Below, piece by piece: positions 38,180-47,776 of a stretch of DNA of 64,000 bases. The stretch spans positions 58,709 through 122,708 of the forward strand of contig CAZKSN010000001.1 in the NCBI GenBank assembly GCA_964555585.1, read 5' to 3'. Both the position numbers and the translations under genes were made by a program. The notes beneath the pieces were generated by a model. That model searched no databases. It was not told where the DNA came from and saw only the letters and a list, made by a program, of their open reading frames with translations. Origin of the DNA: an uncultured Muribaculaceae bacterium (lineage in GTDB: Bacteria; Bacillota_I; Bacilli_A; RF39; UBA660). Each line of letters begins with the position of its first letter. The first letter of the stretch is position 1.

Positions 38180-40090
38180 TTAATTTAACATTATCTTTAC
38201 AACAGAATTTTCTTTCACTCTTGTTCCAGCTTTTGGAGAAATATCAATAACCTTATCTCCTGTTCCAGAGTATTCTACAGTTAATAATTTTAAAGCTTTT
38301 ACTGCTTCCTTTTTGCTCATATTAATCACATCAGGTATAGTTACATAGTTTTGCTCATACCATCTGTAAACTCTTGGAAGTCCTTCTTTATCCTCTTTTA
38401 AATCATATAAATTAATTATTTCTTTAAATACATTTTTTGCTATTGGAGCAGCTACAGTACCTCCATACTGTGTAACATTTCTAGCATGATCTATTGCAAT
38501 ATAAGTCACATATTCAGGATCATTTGCAGGCATAAAGCCAATAAAAGACAATATATAATTTCCTACCATGTATTGCCCATTAGCTCCAACCTTTTGAGCC
38601 GTTCCTGTTTTACCTCCAACTCTGTAGTTTTCAATATATGCATTTCTCCCTGTTCCATTAGCAACTACACTTTCTAAAACATATTTAACTAAAGAACTTG
38701 TTTCACTGCTGATTACATTTGAAACTTTTAATTTAGGGAATATTTCTTTAATCATCTGATCCGTTTCCGGTTCGCTTATTGAACTTACAATGTAAGGTGT
38801 ATACATATTTCCATCATTAATAATTGCGCTTACTGCCTGAACCTGCTGAATTGCAGTTACTGAAACTCCTTGTCCAAAAGCAGTTGTAGATAATTCTAAA
38901 AGTCCTATTTTATCAGTATCAAATATTATTCCAGTACTTTCTCCGTTTAAATCAACACCGGTTTTTTTTCCAAAGCCCAGTTTATCTATATAGCCGAACA
39001 ATTTTTCTTTTCCAAGTCTCTGTCCAAGAACTACAAAGCCTGGGTTACATGAATTTTCAACAACTTGCAGAAAAGTCTGTAAGCCATGCCCTCCATCTTT
39101 CCAGCAGTGAAGTTTAGCTCCACTTACACTGATACTTCCAGTATCATAATATGTATCTTCAAATACATTTACTACTTTTTCCTCAATTGCCGCCGCAATG
39201 GTTACTATTTTAAATGTTGATCCAGGTTCAAAATTAGACCAGATTGCTAAATTCCTATTAATTATTTCTGTGGAATAATTTTGATAATTTGATGGAGAAA
39301 AATTTGGTCTACTGCTCATTGCCAGTATTTCTCCTGTTTTTGGATTCATTACAATTCCAATTGCACCTTCAGCATTATATTTACTTACTGCATTGGATAA
39401 TTCTCTTTCCAATGATTTTTGAATATCCAAATCTATAGTTAAAGTTATATTCATTCCATCTTGGGGACTTTCATATACTTCAGCTAATTCAAGTTTATTC
39501 CCTTTTCCATCAGAGAAATACTTTATACTTCCATTTACACCGGTTAAATATTTATCATAAAGTAATTCCAATCCACTTAATCCCTGATTATCTATACCAA
39601 CATAACCTATTACATGAGATAGTAGATCATCTTCAGGATAATATCTTTTACTTTCTTTAACCAAATATACTCCATCAAAACCTAAAGAATCTATTTCATC
39701 CGCTATTTCATAACTCAGTCCTCTTCCCTCTGGATGTACTCTTTCTATCGATGTTCTTTTTGATACATGTTTATACATTTCTTCATATGATACTTCTAAT
39801 ATTTTTGCTAATTTTTCAGAAACCAATTCTTTGTTTTTTATTTGATTTGGTATTAATATTAAAGCTGCAGTCGTTACATTTCCAGCTATTAACTTGCCAT
39901 TTCTATCTAAAATCAAACCTCTATTGGCTTGTACAGGTAAATTTCTGCTCCATAAATTTTCTGCTAATTCATGTAACTTATTATATTCTATAACTTGTAT
40001 ATAAAAAACTTTAAAAATTATTAAAAAAAATAGTAGTAATACTATTAGGAATATTCTTTTAATTCTTTTATTTTGTGTGCTTTGAAACAT
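38180..40090 (-). CDS. class B penicillin-binding protein with C-terminal PASTA domain (SpoVD/FtsI/PBP2B-like)
   Basis: Transpeptidase motifs STFK (EPGSTFKIVT), SCN and KTGTAQ. C-terminal PASTA (VTIPDVINMSKKEAVKALKLLTVEYSGTGDKVIDISP). Upstream of mraY. Confidence 0.8.
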   Translation of the reverse strand: MFQSTQNKRIKRIFLIVLLLFFLIIFKVFYIQVIEYNKLHELAENLWSRNLPVQANRGLILDRNGKLIAGNVTTAALILIPNQIKNKELVSEKLAKILEVSYEEMYKHVSKRTSIERVHPEGRGLSYEIADEIDSLGFDGVYLVKESKRYYPEDDLLSHVIGYVGIDNQGLSGLELLYDKYLTGVNGSIKYFSDGKGNKLELAEVYESPQDGMNITLTIDLDIQKSLERELSNAVSKYNAEGAIGIVMNPKTGEILAMSSRPNFSPSNYQNYSTEIINRNLAIWSNFEPGSTFKIVTIAAAIEEKVVNVFEDTYYDTGSISVSGAKLHCWKDGGHGLQTFLQVVENSCNPGFVVLGQRLGKEKLFGYIDKLGFGKKTGVDLNGESTGIIFDTDKIGLLELSTTAFGQGVSVTAIQQVQAVSAIINDGNMYTPYIVSSISEPETDQMIKEIFPKLKVSNVISSETSSLVKYVLESVVANGTGRNAYIENYRVGGKTGTAQKVGANGQYMVGNYILSFIGFMPANDPEYVTYIAIDHARNVTQYGGTVAAPIAKNVFKEIINLYDLKEDKEGLPRVYRWYEQNYVTIPDVINMSKKEAVKALKLLTVEYSGTGDKVIDISPKAGTRVKENSVVKIMLN

Positions 40091-40152
40091 TATTTCACCT
40101 GAATAATTATATGAATTAATTATGAATTTTAGAAATTAAAAAAGTTATTAAT

Positions 40153-42105
40153 TTATTTTAATAACCTTTCTACTTTTCCAATTAATGTTTCATAATCTAA
40201 TTCAAATTTCTTAATTACATCTTCTGGCTTGCCACTCATTCCAAAACTGTTTAAATTTAATAAATATTTTCTTTTATATACAAACTCATTCCATTTTGTA
40301 TCATTGCTTGCTTCAATAACTACTATTTTTACTCCAACAGGCAGTAACTGTTCTTTATAATCATCCGGTTGCTTCTCAAATAATTCAATAGATGGAACGC
40401 TTATTAATCTAGTATATATACCTTTTCTATTTAAAGCTTCTCTTATTTTCATGGCCGTATGAACTTCAGTACCAGAAGACATTATTATTCCTTGTAATCT
40501 TCCAATTTCTTCTTTAATAATATATGCTCCTTTTGAAACATATTCAATATTACTTTCCTTTATTTGAGGAACCTTACTTTTAGAAATAATTAAAGAGGCT
40601 GGCACTTTATGATTTAAAATATAATCCCAAGAACCCACAATCTCTTTGATATCACAAGGTCTAAAAACTGTCATATTTGGTATACTTCTTAACATTCCTA
40701 ACTGTTCAATCGGTTGATGAGTAGATCCATCTTCTCCTACTGAAATTGAATCATGAGTAAATATATATGTAACTGGTAAATTCATTAAAGCTGATAATCT
40801 AATTGAAGCCTTCATATAATCACTAAAAGCTAAGAAGGTTCCAATAATTGGTCTTAATTTACATAAAGCCAAACCATTGGCAGAAGCCGCCATAATTGCT
40901 TCTCTTACTCCAAAATATATATTTTTTCCATATTCATTATTTATCTTAAATTCTTTTCCATTAACAATTTTAACTTTTGTGGAACTTGATAAATCTGCAT
41001 TTCCACACATAAATATTGGAGATAATTCACCAAATAAATTAATTAATTTTCCATTTGTTATTCTTAATTCTTCTTCATAATTTTCTTCAAAGTTTATCTT
41101 AATCTTTTTTAAGTCTATATTAAATATGCCTTTTTCGATACTTGTTAATGTCTTATTTATTACATTATCATTTGCTTTAAATTCATTATACTTTTCTACC
41201 CAATTGTTATAATAAGCTTCATTTCTTTTTTCTATAGTTTCTCTAAAATAAGTTACTGCATCTTTTGAAATGTGAAAAGGTACCTTGCTTACTTCTAATT
41301 TTGTTTTTAGATTTTCTAAATCCTGTTCAGTTAAAGGTTTTCCATGAACTTCACTTCTGCCTTGAAGTTCACTTCCATTACCAATAATAGTTTTAATTTC
41401 AATTATTGTTGGCTTATCAGAATGTTTAGCTTTAGTAATTGCCTTATCAATTGCCAAAATATCTTCTCCATTAGAGACTATTTCTGTGTGCCAGCCACAG
41501 GCTTCAAAAAGCTTTGATATATTATCATTAAACACTCCGGAAATATTTCTATCCAGACTTACATTATTTGAATCATATAGTACTATTAATTTATTTAATT
41601 TCAATGTTCCAGCAAGAGATGCAGCTTCATAGCTAATACCTTCCATTAAGTCACCATCACCTACTAAAACATAAGTATAATGATCTATTATGTTCTTATT
41701 TATATTATTTCTTAAATATTCTTCCGCTATTGCAATGCCTATAGAGGTTGCAAAACCCTGACCTAAAGCTCCTGTAGTACATTCAATTCCTATATTTTGA
41801 TTTAATTCTGGAAGCCCTGACATTCTGCTTCCCAATTGTCTAAAATTCTTTAACTCTTCTAATTCTATTGGATAACCAGCATAAAACAATGTACTGTAAA
41901 ATAATGCACTTCCATGACCTGCACTCATAATAAACCTGTCTCTATTTATCCAATTTCCATCTTCTTTATTAAATCGTAAATGATTTAAAAACAAAGTATA
42001 AATAATGGGAGCTGCAGAAAGACAAATACCAGGATGACCACTTCCGGCATTATTAATCATATCTAAACTTAAACTTTTTATACAATTTATAACTTTTTTA
42101 TCCAT
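40153..42105 (-). CDS. tkt: transketolase
   Basis: TPP-binding N-terminus (NAGSGHPGICLSAAP), GDGDLMEG, and the pyrimidine-binding domain GEDGSTHQPIEQL. Confidence 0.9.
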   Translation of the reverse strand: MDKKVINCIKSLSLDMINNAGSGHPGICLSAAPIIYTLFLNHLRFNKEDGNWINRDRFIMSAGHGSALFYSTLFYAGYPIELEELKNFRQLGSRMSGLPELNQNIGIECTTGALGQGFATSIGIAIAEEYLRNNINKNIIDHYTYVLVGDGDLMEGISYEAASLAGTLKLNKLIVLYDSNNVSLDRNISGVFNDNISKLFEACGWHTEIVSNGEDILAIDKAITKAKHSDKPTIIEIKTIIGNGSELQGRSEVHGKPLTEQDLENLKTKLEVSKVPFHISKDAVTYFRETIEKRNEAYYNNWVEKYNEFKANDNVINKTLTSIEKGIFNIDLKKIKINFEENYEEELRITNGKLINLFGELSPIFMCGNADLSSSTKVKIVNGKEFKINNEYGKNIYFGVREAIMAASANGLALCKLRPIIGTFLAFSDYMKASIRLSALMNLPVTYIFTHDSISVGEDGSTHQPIEQLGMLRSIPNMTVFRPCDIKEIVGSWDYILNHKVPASLIISKSKVPQIKESNIEYVSKGAYIIKEEIGRLQGIIMSSGTEVHTAMKIREALNRKGIYTRLISVPSIELFEKQPDDYKEQLLPVGVKIVVIEASNDTKWNEFVYKRKYLLNLNSFGMSGKPEDVIKKFELDYETLIGKVERLLK

Positions 42106-42234
42106 ACTAATACTCCTGTATTAGTTTCATTATAGCATATCAATATTTTTTTTAAAATAAAAATACCTTAAATATAACAAAATATATTGATATAAATAAA
42201 TTAAAGTATTAATATAAAAGTTAAAGGTGATATT

Positions 42235-42408
42235 ATGTTTAAAAATAATGATAATTTTCAAGAGGAAATAATTATTGCACAATATGAAAACTGTAATTTT
42301 GACTATTATTATAGTTATATATTATACAGATTTTTAAATCCTTATATTACATATAAAGATTATTGTGATATGTTTGATTTATATCCAAACAATACTCTAA
42401 AATTATAA
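42235..42408 (+). CDS. small hypothetical Tyr/Cys-rich protein (speculative)
   Basis: 57-aa ORF (MFKNNDNFQEEIIIAQYENCNFDYYYSYILYRF...) with RBS AAAGGTGA 6 nt upstream. Missing from the track because <60 aa. Confidence 0.2.
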   Translation: MFKNNDNFQEEIIIAQYENCNFDYYYSYILYRFLNPYITYKDYCDMFDLYPNNTLKL

Positions 42409-42567
42409 TTATTCATTTAGATAAGCACAATAAACGTGATTATCATTAATATTTGATTTTTCAATTCTATTCAAAGAATTGATTCTTATCACATATATAA
42501 ATGACAAAATAAATACAACTAAATAAAATAATGCTACTCCTTTATAACTATTAAATAATTTTTCCAT
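42409..42567 (-). CDS. small single-TM peptide divergent from lexA
   Basis: 52-aa ORF MEKLFNSYKGVALFYLVVFILSFIYVIRINSLNRIEKSNINDNHVYCAYLNE. RBS GGGAGAG 7 nt upstream. Driven by a consensus sigma-A promoter. Confidence 0.35.
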   Translation of the reverse strand: MEKLFNSYKGVALFYLVVFILSFIYVIRINSLNRIEKSNINDNHVYCAYLNE

Positions 42568-42596
42568 AAAATTCACTCTCCCTTTTTTATACTCTA

Positions 42597-42625
42597 ATTA
42601 TAAAACGTATATTTGTTTGTGTCAA
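42597..42625 (-). promoter_or_regulatory. consensus sigma-A promoter (TTGACA-N17-TATAAT) for the small TM peptide gene
   Basis: Minus-strand sequence TTGACAcaaacaaatatacgtttTATAAT, ~25 nt upstream of the RBS/ATG at 42567. Confidence 0.5.
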
Positions 42626-42670
42626 TATAATAATAGTACATTTGTTTGTTATTTACAAAGTAATTGACAC

Positions 42671-42682
42671 GAACACTAGTTT
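42671..42682. promoter_or_regulatory. LexA operator (Cheo/SOS box, GAAC-N4-GTTT) overlapping the lexA promoter
   Basis: GAACACTAGTTT immediately 3' of a TTGACA hexamer (42664-42669) and ~36 nt upstream of the lexA GTG start. Matches the Firmicute GAAC-N4-GTT(C/T) consensus. Confidence 0.5.
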
Positions 42683-42717
42683 ATGTTATTCTAATTATAT
42701 AAAAGGAGGTTAAATTA

Positions 42718-43335
42718 GTGGATAAATTAACCAAGAAACAAGAAGAAATACTAACTATTGTTAAAAAATATATTGCAAAAAACGGATATTCACCTACTGT
42801 TAGGGAAATATGTAAGGAAATTGGATTAAATAGTACTGCTACTGTATTTGTACATTTACAGCATTTAATTAGAAAAGGATATATTTCTCAAGAAAATTCA
42901 AAATTTAGAACATTAGAGGTTTTAGTGCCTAATGAATACGTTGAAAAAAATGAAGATGTCATTAATGTTCCTCTATTAGGAAAAGTTGCTGCTGGTAATC
43001 CAATAGAAGCGATTGAACATCCAAATGAATATTTTGCTTTACCAATTTATATGTTACCTAAACAAAAGGAAGTATTTACTTTAACTGTAAATGGTGAAAG
43101 TATGCAAAATATAGGAATATATGATAATGATACAGTAATTGTAGAAAAAACAAATATAGCAAAAAATGGAGACATTGTAGTTGCTTTAACTGAAAATAAT
43201 GAAGTAACATTGAAAAGATTCTTCAAAGAAAATGGGTATATTAGATTACAACCTGAAAATGATTTTATGAGTCCAATCATATTAAAAGATGTCACAATAC
43301 TTGGTAAGGCAATTGGACTTTACAGAAAATTTTAA
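42718..43335 (+). CDS. lexA: LexA repressor
   Basis: N-terminal winged HTH. Cleavage-site region VAAGNPIEA. S24 peptidase with Ser (GESMQ) and Lys (TLKRF) catalytic residues. GTG start with AAGGAGG RBS. Confidence 0.85.
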   Translation: MDKLTKKQEEILTIVKKYIAKNGYSPTVREICKEIGLNSTATVFVHLQHLIRKGYISQENSKFRTLEVLVPNEYVEKNEDVINVPLLGKVAAGNPIEAIEHPNEYFALPIYMLPKQKEVFTLTVNGESMQNIGIYDNDTVIVEKTNIAKNGDIVVALTENNEVTLKRFFKENGYIRLQPENDFMSPIILKDVTILGKAIGLYRKF

Positions 43336-43362
43336 ATAAAAAACAAGATTTATAATCTTGTT

Positions 43363-44538
43363 TTATTTTATCATTAACATATATGTTAGAAAGACAGTCA
43401 TTAACATTAGAACAATTACTCCATTAATTCTATCTGCTTTTCTATTTTTTTCTTCAACTCCCACTACTAAAGAAATTAAAATTCCACCAACTAAACCGCC
43501 AATGTGAGCTGAAATATCAACATTAGGAAGTAAGAATCCTAATATTAAATTAATAATAATTGTTGGTAAAATTGAACTTTTTAAAAAATTATTTAAAGTA
43601 GCTCTATATTTATATGTAAAATACGCCAAACTTCCAAATAAACCAAATATTGCTCCAGAAGCTCCAATACTTAAAGAATAAGATTGCATAAATACGCATG
43701 AGAACAGACTTCCTAAAATTCCACTAACTAAGTAAATAATTATAAACTTAAACTTTCCATAATATTTTTCTACCTGAGGTCCGATTATATATAATGCATA
43801 CATATTGAAAAATATATGATATATATTAGCATGAATAAAAATAGAAGTTAAAAGTCTGTAAAAACCACCAGATTGAACAAATAAATAATTATTTGCACCC
43901 ATATGCATAAAAAAAGTATAAATTCCAGGTAATGTCATTAATAAAAATAGAAATAAATTTATACCAATTAATGAATAAGTAACTATTGGTTTTTTATTTT
44001 TAAATATTTTATTTAATTTTTTTTCATCTTTTTTTGTTTTTTCATTCATTTGTTCTGTTAATTTTATAAATTCATAAGGATCAGTTTTATCAATCTTAAA
44101 ACCATCTTTTATTTTAGGAAAAAAAGATTTAACTGTATCATTCTTTTTCAAATCAGATACTTTTAATACTTTAATCGTTTCTATATTCTTTTCATTTATA
44201 TTTAAATTTACATTTTCTCCAAGATCAATTAGAATGTTTAATAAATTCATACTAAAAGATAGAGTTTTTCTTTTAATGTTTTTCATAATATGTGTAGCTT
44301 TCTTAAGATCAACATCTAATTGTTCATTGTTATGTATATAATTAATATTTATTCTAATTAATTTTAAATCTTTATCTAAATTTTCTAACCAAATTTCATT
44401 TTTTATGCCAGTTAATATTATAGGTTTATAATTTTCTTCAGTTATAAAATAATGTAATATTCTCATTATAATTTGATCTTTTGTATTTACTATTACTTTT
44501 TGCATAAATTCTCCTTCTCTATTAATAATATAATACAC
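43363..44538 (-). CDS. rhomboid-family intramembrane serine protease with N-terminal cytoplasmic domain (GluP/YqgP-like)
   Basis: C-terminal rhomboid core with GASGAIFGLFG (catalytic Ser) and AHIGGLVGG (catalytic His). Confidence 0.7.
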   Translation of the reverse strand: MYYIINREGEFMQKVIVNTKDQIIMRILHYFITEENYKPIILTGIKNEIWLENLDKDLKLIRININYIHNNEQLDVDLKKATHIMKNIKRKTLSFSMNLLNILIDLGENVNLNINEKNIETIKVLKVSDLKKNDTVKSFFPKIKDGFKIDKTDPYEFIKLTEQMNEKTKKDEKKLNKIFKNKKPIVTYSLIGINLFLFLLMTLPGIYTFFMHMGANNYLFVQSGGFYRLLTSIFIHANIYHIFFNMYALYIIGPQVEKYYGKFKFIIIYLVSGILGSLFSCVFMQSYSLSIGASGAIFGLFGSLAYFTYKYRATLNNFLKSSILPTIIINLILGFLLPNVDISAHIGGLVGGILISLVVGVEEKNRKADRINGVIVLMLMTVFLTYMLMIK

Positions 44539-44561
44539 TTTTTCATAGAATTAGTAAAGGG

Positions 44562-45038
44562 GTGTTAAAGTTGAAAGAAATAATAAAAAATTTATTAATT
44601 ATATTTATAATTTTGTTTATTTGGCTGTTAGGCGACTTGATTTTTCAATTTGATGAAGTCTACTATAATTTATTAAATATTCCTAGTTTTGCTATGAGTC
44701 CAGAAAATATGAGTATATCAATGTTTATAGTTTATTTCATATTATCAATAAGTATTCTATTAACAATCAAAACAACAAATATTTTTAAACAATACGATTA
44801 TCTATATGTTTTAATAACAAACTATCTTGCCAGTCAATTTTATCCATTTATGTTTTATACACTAAAAAGTCCATTCTTCGGATTTATAATGGCATCAATA
44901 ATATTTATTAGTTCAATATTCTTGTATATTGAAACAAAAAAGATAAACTTAAAAGCTTCATATTTTGTAATTCCATATATAATATTTAATTTATATTTAC
45001 TAATAATATCTATTTCAATATATACTATGAATTTTTAA
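44562..45038 (+). CDS. hypothetical polytopic membrane protein
   Basis: 158 aa, ~5 TM helices. No recognisable motif. Confidence 0.4.
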   Translation: MLKLKEIIKNLLIIFIILFIWLLGDLIFQFDEVYYNLLNIPSFAMSPENMSISMFIVYFILSISILLTIKTTNIFKQYDYLYVLITNYLASQFYPFMFYTLKSPFFGFIMASIIFISSIFLYIETKKINLKASYFVIPYIIFNLYLLIISISIYTMNF

Positions 45039-45921
45039 ATTTATCTAATATTTCCAAAAATTTTGATTCTAAAGGTGCATTAAATTCAAGAAACTTGTTA
45101 GTTATAGGATGATTAAAACCTAAATATACCGCATGAAGCATTTGGCCGTAGTTGTCTATATTTTTATCTTTTGAATATACATCATCATTTATAATTGGAT
45201 GGTTTATGAATGCCATATGAACTCTTATTTGATGAGTTCTACCTGTTTCTAATTCCAATTCTAAAAGTGTTGCATTTTTATATCTTTCTAATACAGTAAA
45301 ATTAGTAATAGCTTTTTTACTGTTTTTTTCCATTACTTTCATCTTTTTCCTATCAACATCACTTCTACCAATAGGAGCTGAAACTTTACCCTTGTTTTCA
45401 TTAATGACACCTTTAACAAGTGCTATATATTTTCTCTTTATTGTTTTATTTTTAAATCCTTCAGCTAATATATTGTGAACTTTATTAGTCTTTGATATTA
45501 ACAATAACCCACTGGTATCCTTATCTATTCTATGAACTATTCCTGGTCTATTTTCTCCATTTATGTCACTTAAGCTATTGGTATGATAAATAAGTGCATT
45601 TACCAAAGTATGAGAATAATTACCTGCTGCTGGATGAACAACCATTCCACTAGGTTTATTTACCACCATTAAATACTCATCTTCATAATATATATCTAAT
45701 GGTATATTTTCAGCTTTTACAGAGGTATCTTCCTTTAATTCTTTTATTAAAATAACATCATTCTCTTTTAACAGATAACCTGATTTAATATTGTTATTAT
45801 TTACTAAAATATTATGATTATCTATATGTTTTTTAATAAAACTTCTATTTTCATTTAATACTTCAATCAAGTATTTATCTAATCTTGTATTTATATATTC
45901 TTTACTTACTCTTACTTCCAT
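45025..45921 (-). CDS. rluD: 23S rRNA pseudouridine synthase, RluA/RluD family
   Basis: N-terminal S4 domain, RluA-family catalytic motif RPGIVHRIDKDTSGLLL. Confidence 0.8.
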   Translation of the reverse strand: MEVRVSKEYINTRLDKYLIEVLNENRSFIKKHIDNHNILVNNNNIKSGYLLKENDVILIKELKEDTSVKAENIPLDIYYEDEYLMVVNKPSGMVVHPAAGNYSHTLVNALIYHTNSLSDINGENRPGIVHRIDKDTSGLLLISKTNKVHNILAEGFKNKTIKRKYIALVKGVINENKGKVSAPIGRSDVDRKKMKVMEKNSKKAITNFTVLERYKNATLLELELETGRTHQIRVHMAFINHPIINDDVYSKDKNIDNYGQMLHAVYLGFNHPITNKFLEFNAPLESKFLEILDKFKNS

Positions 45922-46408
45922 TTCTTTCCTCCATAATTATAAAAACAATTAATAAAGATACACCTATTGTTATGAATGTATCACTAATATTAAATACTGC
46001 AAAATTAAAATAACAAAAATCTATAAAATCCCTTACATAGCCTAAAAATATTCTATCAATTAGGTTTCCAAGTAATCCTCCAATCAGAATACTAAAAGAA
46101 TAAAATATTTTTTTATTATTAATATTATTCTTCATTTCATAAATTAAATAAAATAATACAAGCGAAGATACAATTATTAAAAATAAAATATTACCATGCA
46201 AAATTCCAAAAGCGGCTCCAGAATTTTTATATAAAGATAAATTAAGAAAGTTATGTATTATTTCTACACTTTCTCCTTCAATCAAATATTTATTCATTAT
46301 AAACTTTGAAATTTGATCTAAGAACAATATACTAATTATTATTATACTTGCTATTAAATATTTTCTTTTCATATTTATTATAATACACAAATTTGAAGGT
46401 TTATTCAA
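45902..46408 (-). CDS. lspA: lipoprotein signal peptidase II
   Basis: Four TM helices with conserved NSGAAFG and FNISD (catalytic Asp) boxes. Confidence 0.8.
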   Translation of the reverse strand: MNKPSNLCIIINMKRKYLIASIIIISILFLDQISKFIMNKYLIEGESVEIIHNFLNLSLYKNSGAAFGILHGNILFLIIVSSLVLFYLIYEMKNNINNKKIFYSFSILIGGLLGNLIDRIFLGYVRDFIDFCYFNFAVFNISDTFITIGVSLLIVFIIMEERNGSKSK

Positions 46409-46644
46409 GTTAAATCAATTAAAATTACATCTTCACCCATTTTTTTGATTTGATCAAACTTTACTAAAACATCAGTTTCACCATTAAAAAAATTTCTAAA
46501 ATATCTATTCTTTTCTATTATTAAATTTACTAAACTGCCATCGGTAGTATTTATTTCAATATCAATAATTCTACCTATTTTTTTACCATTATTTAAATTG
46601 ACAATATCTTTTCTTTGTAAATCAGATAACTTCATATTTACCAC
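46405..46644 (-). CDS. ylmC: YlmC/YmxH-family PRC-barrel sporulation protein
   Basis: LSDLQRKDIVNLNNGKKIGRIIDIEINTTDGSLVNLII parallels B. subtilis YlmC (LSELSGKEIVDLNKGERLG...DLEIDAETGKIQALLI). Downstream of sigG, as in Bacillus. Confidence 0.6.
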   Translation of the reverse strand: MVNMKLSDLQRKDIVNLNNGKKIGRIIDIEINTTDGSLVNLIIEKNRYFRNFFNGETDVLVKFDQIKKMGEDVILIDLT

Positions 46645-46667
46645 CTAAGAAATTATATGAGAGTAAA

Positions 46668-47441
46668 TTACTTTATAAACCTTTTTAAACTTTTAATTGC
46701 ATTTTTTTCCAATCTAGAAACTTGTGCTTGAGATATGCCAACTTCAACTGCTATTTCCATTTGAGTTTTACCATATATATATCTCCATAATAAAATATTT
46801 CTTTCTCTCTCTTTTATTTTATATAAAGCTTTCCTCATACTAATTAAATCATCTAATTCCTTTTTTTCTTTTACATCCTCTATTTGATCTAATAAGTAAA
46901 TTGTATCTCCACCATCATTATAAATAGGCTCAAATATACTCATAGGTTGTTTTAAAGACATAGTTGCATTAGACACTTCATATTCAGTAATTCCTAAATA
47001 TTTAGATATTTCCTCAGTAGTTGGTTCTTTCCCATATTCATTTAAATAATCATCTCTGTATTTTATAATTTTATAAGCATTATCTTTAATTCCTCTACTT
47101 ATCCTAATTGAATTATTATCTCTTATATATCTTTTTATTTCACCTAATATCATTGGAACAGCATATGTTGAAAATTTTACTTGATGCTTTAAATCAAAAT
47201 TATCAATTGCTTTAATTAATCCAACTACCCCTATTTGAAATAAATCATCCATATTTTCAGCACGATTTTGAAACTTCTTTAATATACTTAATATAAGTCT
47301 TAAATTTCCATTAATTAATTGTTCTTTAGCCTCAATATTTCCAGCTTGATACTGTTTAAATAATTCTTCCATTTCTTTTGATTTTATAACAGGAATTTTA
47401 CTTGTATTTAATCCGGTAATTTCTACTTTATTTTTTGACAT
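46668..47441 (-). CDS. sigG: sporulation sigma factor sigma-G
   Basis: MSKNKVEITGLNTSKIPVIKSKEMEELF parallels B. subtilis SigG MSRNKVEICGVDTSKLPVLKNEEMRKLF. Sigma-70 regions 2-4 present. AAAGGAG RBS before this ATG (the track's longer ORF begins inside the RBS). Confidence 0.8.
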   Translation of the reverse strand: MSKNKVEITGLNTSKIPVIKSKEMEELFKQYQAGNIEAKEQLINGNLRLILSILKKFQNRAENMDDLFQIGVVGLIKAIDNFDLKHQVKFSTYAVPMILGEIKRYIRDNNSIRISRGIKDNAYKIIKYRDDYLNEYGKEPTTEEISKYLGITEYEVSNATMSLKQPMSIFEPIYNDGGDTIYLLDQIEDVKEKKELDDLISMRKALYKIKERERNILLWRYIYGKTQMEIAVEVGISQAQVSRLEKNAIKSLKRFIK

Positions 47442-47496
47442 ATAATAAAAAACTCCTTTCATATCTATATTGATATAATAGGAATTTTTTTATTCA

Positions 47497-47745
47497 TTAT
47501 TCTTCAGGTACTTCTACATTTTCTAGTATTGTCTTTATAATTTCCGCATCTTTCACTATTTTAATTGATTCTTGCCCTTCATACTTCAATTGTTCCAATA
47601 CTACTAAGTCTTCCTTTAAATTTTCTCTATCTTTCTCTAGTTCGAAAGCAAGATAGAAAGTTCTTCCCTGATATAAGATATGTCTATAAATTGCATATTC
47701 TCTGCCATCTTGAAGAATAACTATTTTATTTGTATTATTTTCCAT
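47497..47745 (-). CDS. small protein, DUF1292-like
   Basis: 82 aa. KIVILQDGREYAIYRHILYQGRTFYLAFEL resembles the DUF1292 family pattern. Confidence 0.35.
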   Translation of the reverse strand: MENNTNKIVILQDGREYAIYRHILYQGRTFYLAFELEKDRENLKEDLVVLEQLKYEGQESIKIVKDAEIIKTILENVEVPEE

Positions 47746-47776
47746 AATTTCCTCCTATACTTTTTTCCAAAATATA

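Noticed and set aside
35634-41080. ORFs 35634..35873, 36665..36913, 37786..38046, 38486..38677, 39751..39993 and 40877..41080 (+)
   Set aside because: Embedded antisense in the PH-domain gene, the SEDS gene, mraY, the PBP and tkt, all of which have strong motif support.
43047-43295. 82-aa minus-strand ORF inside lexA
   Set aside because: Antisense to the LexA peptidase domain. No RBS.
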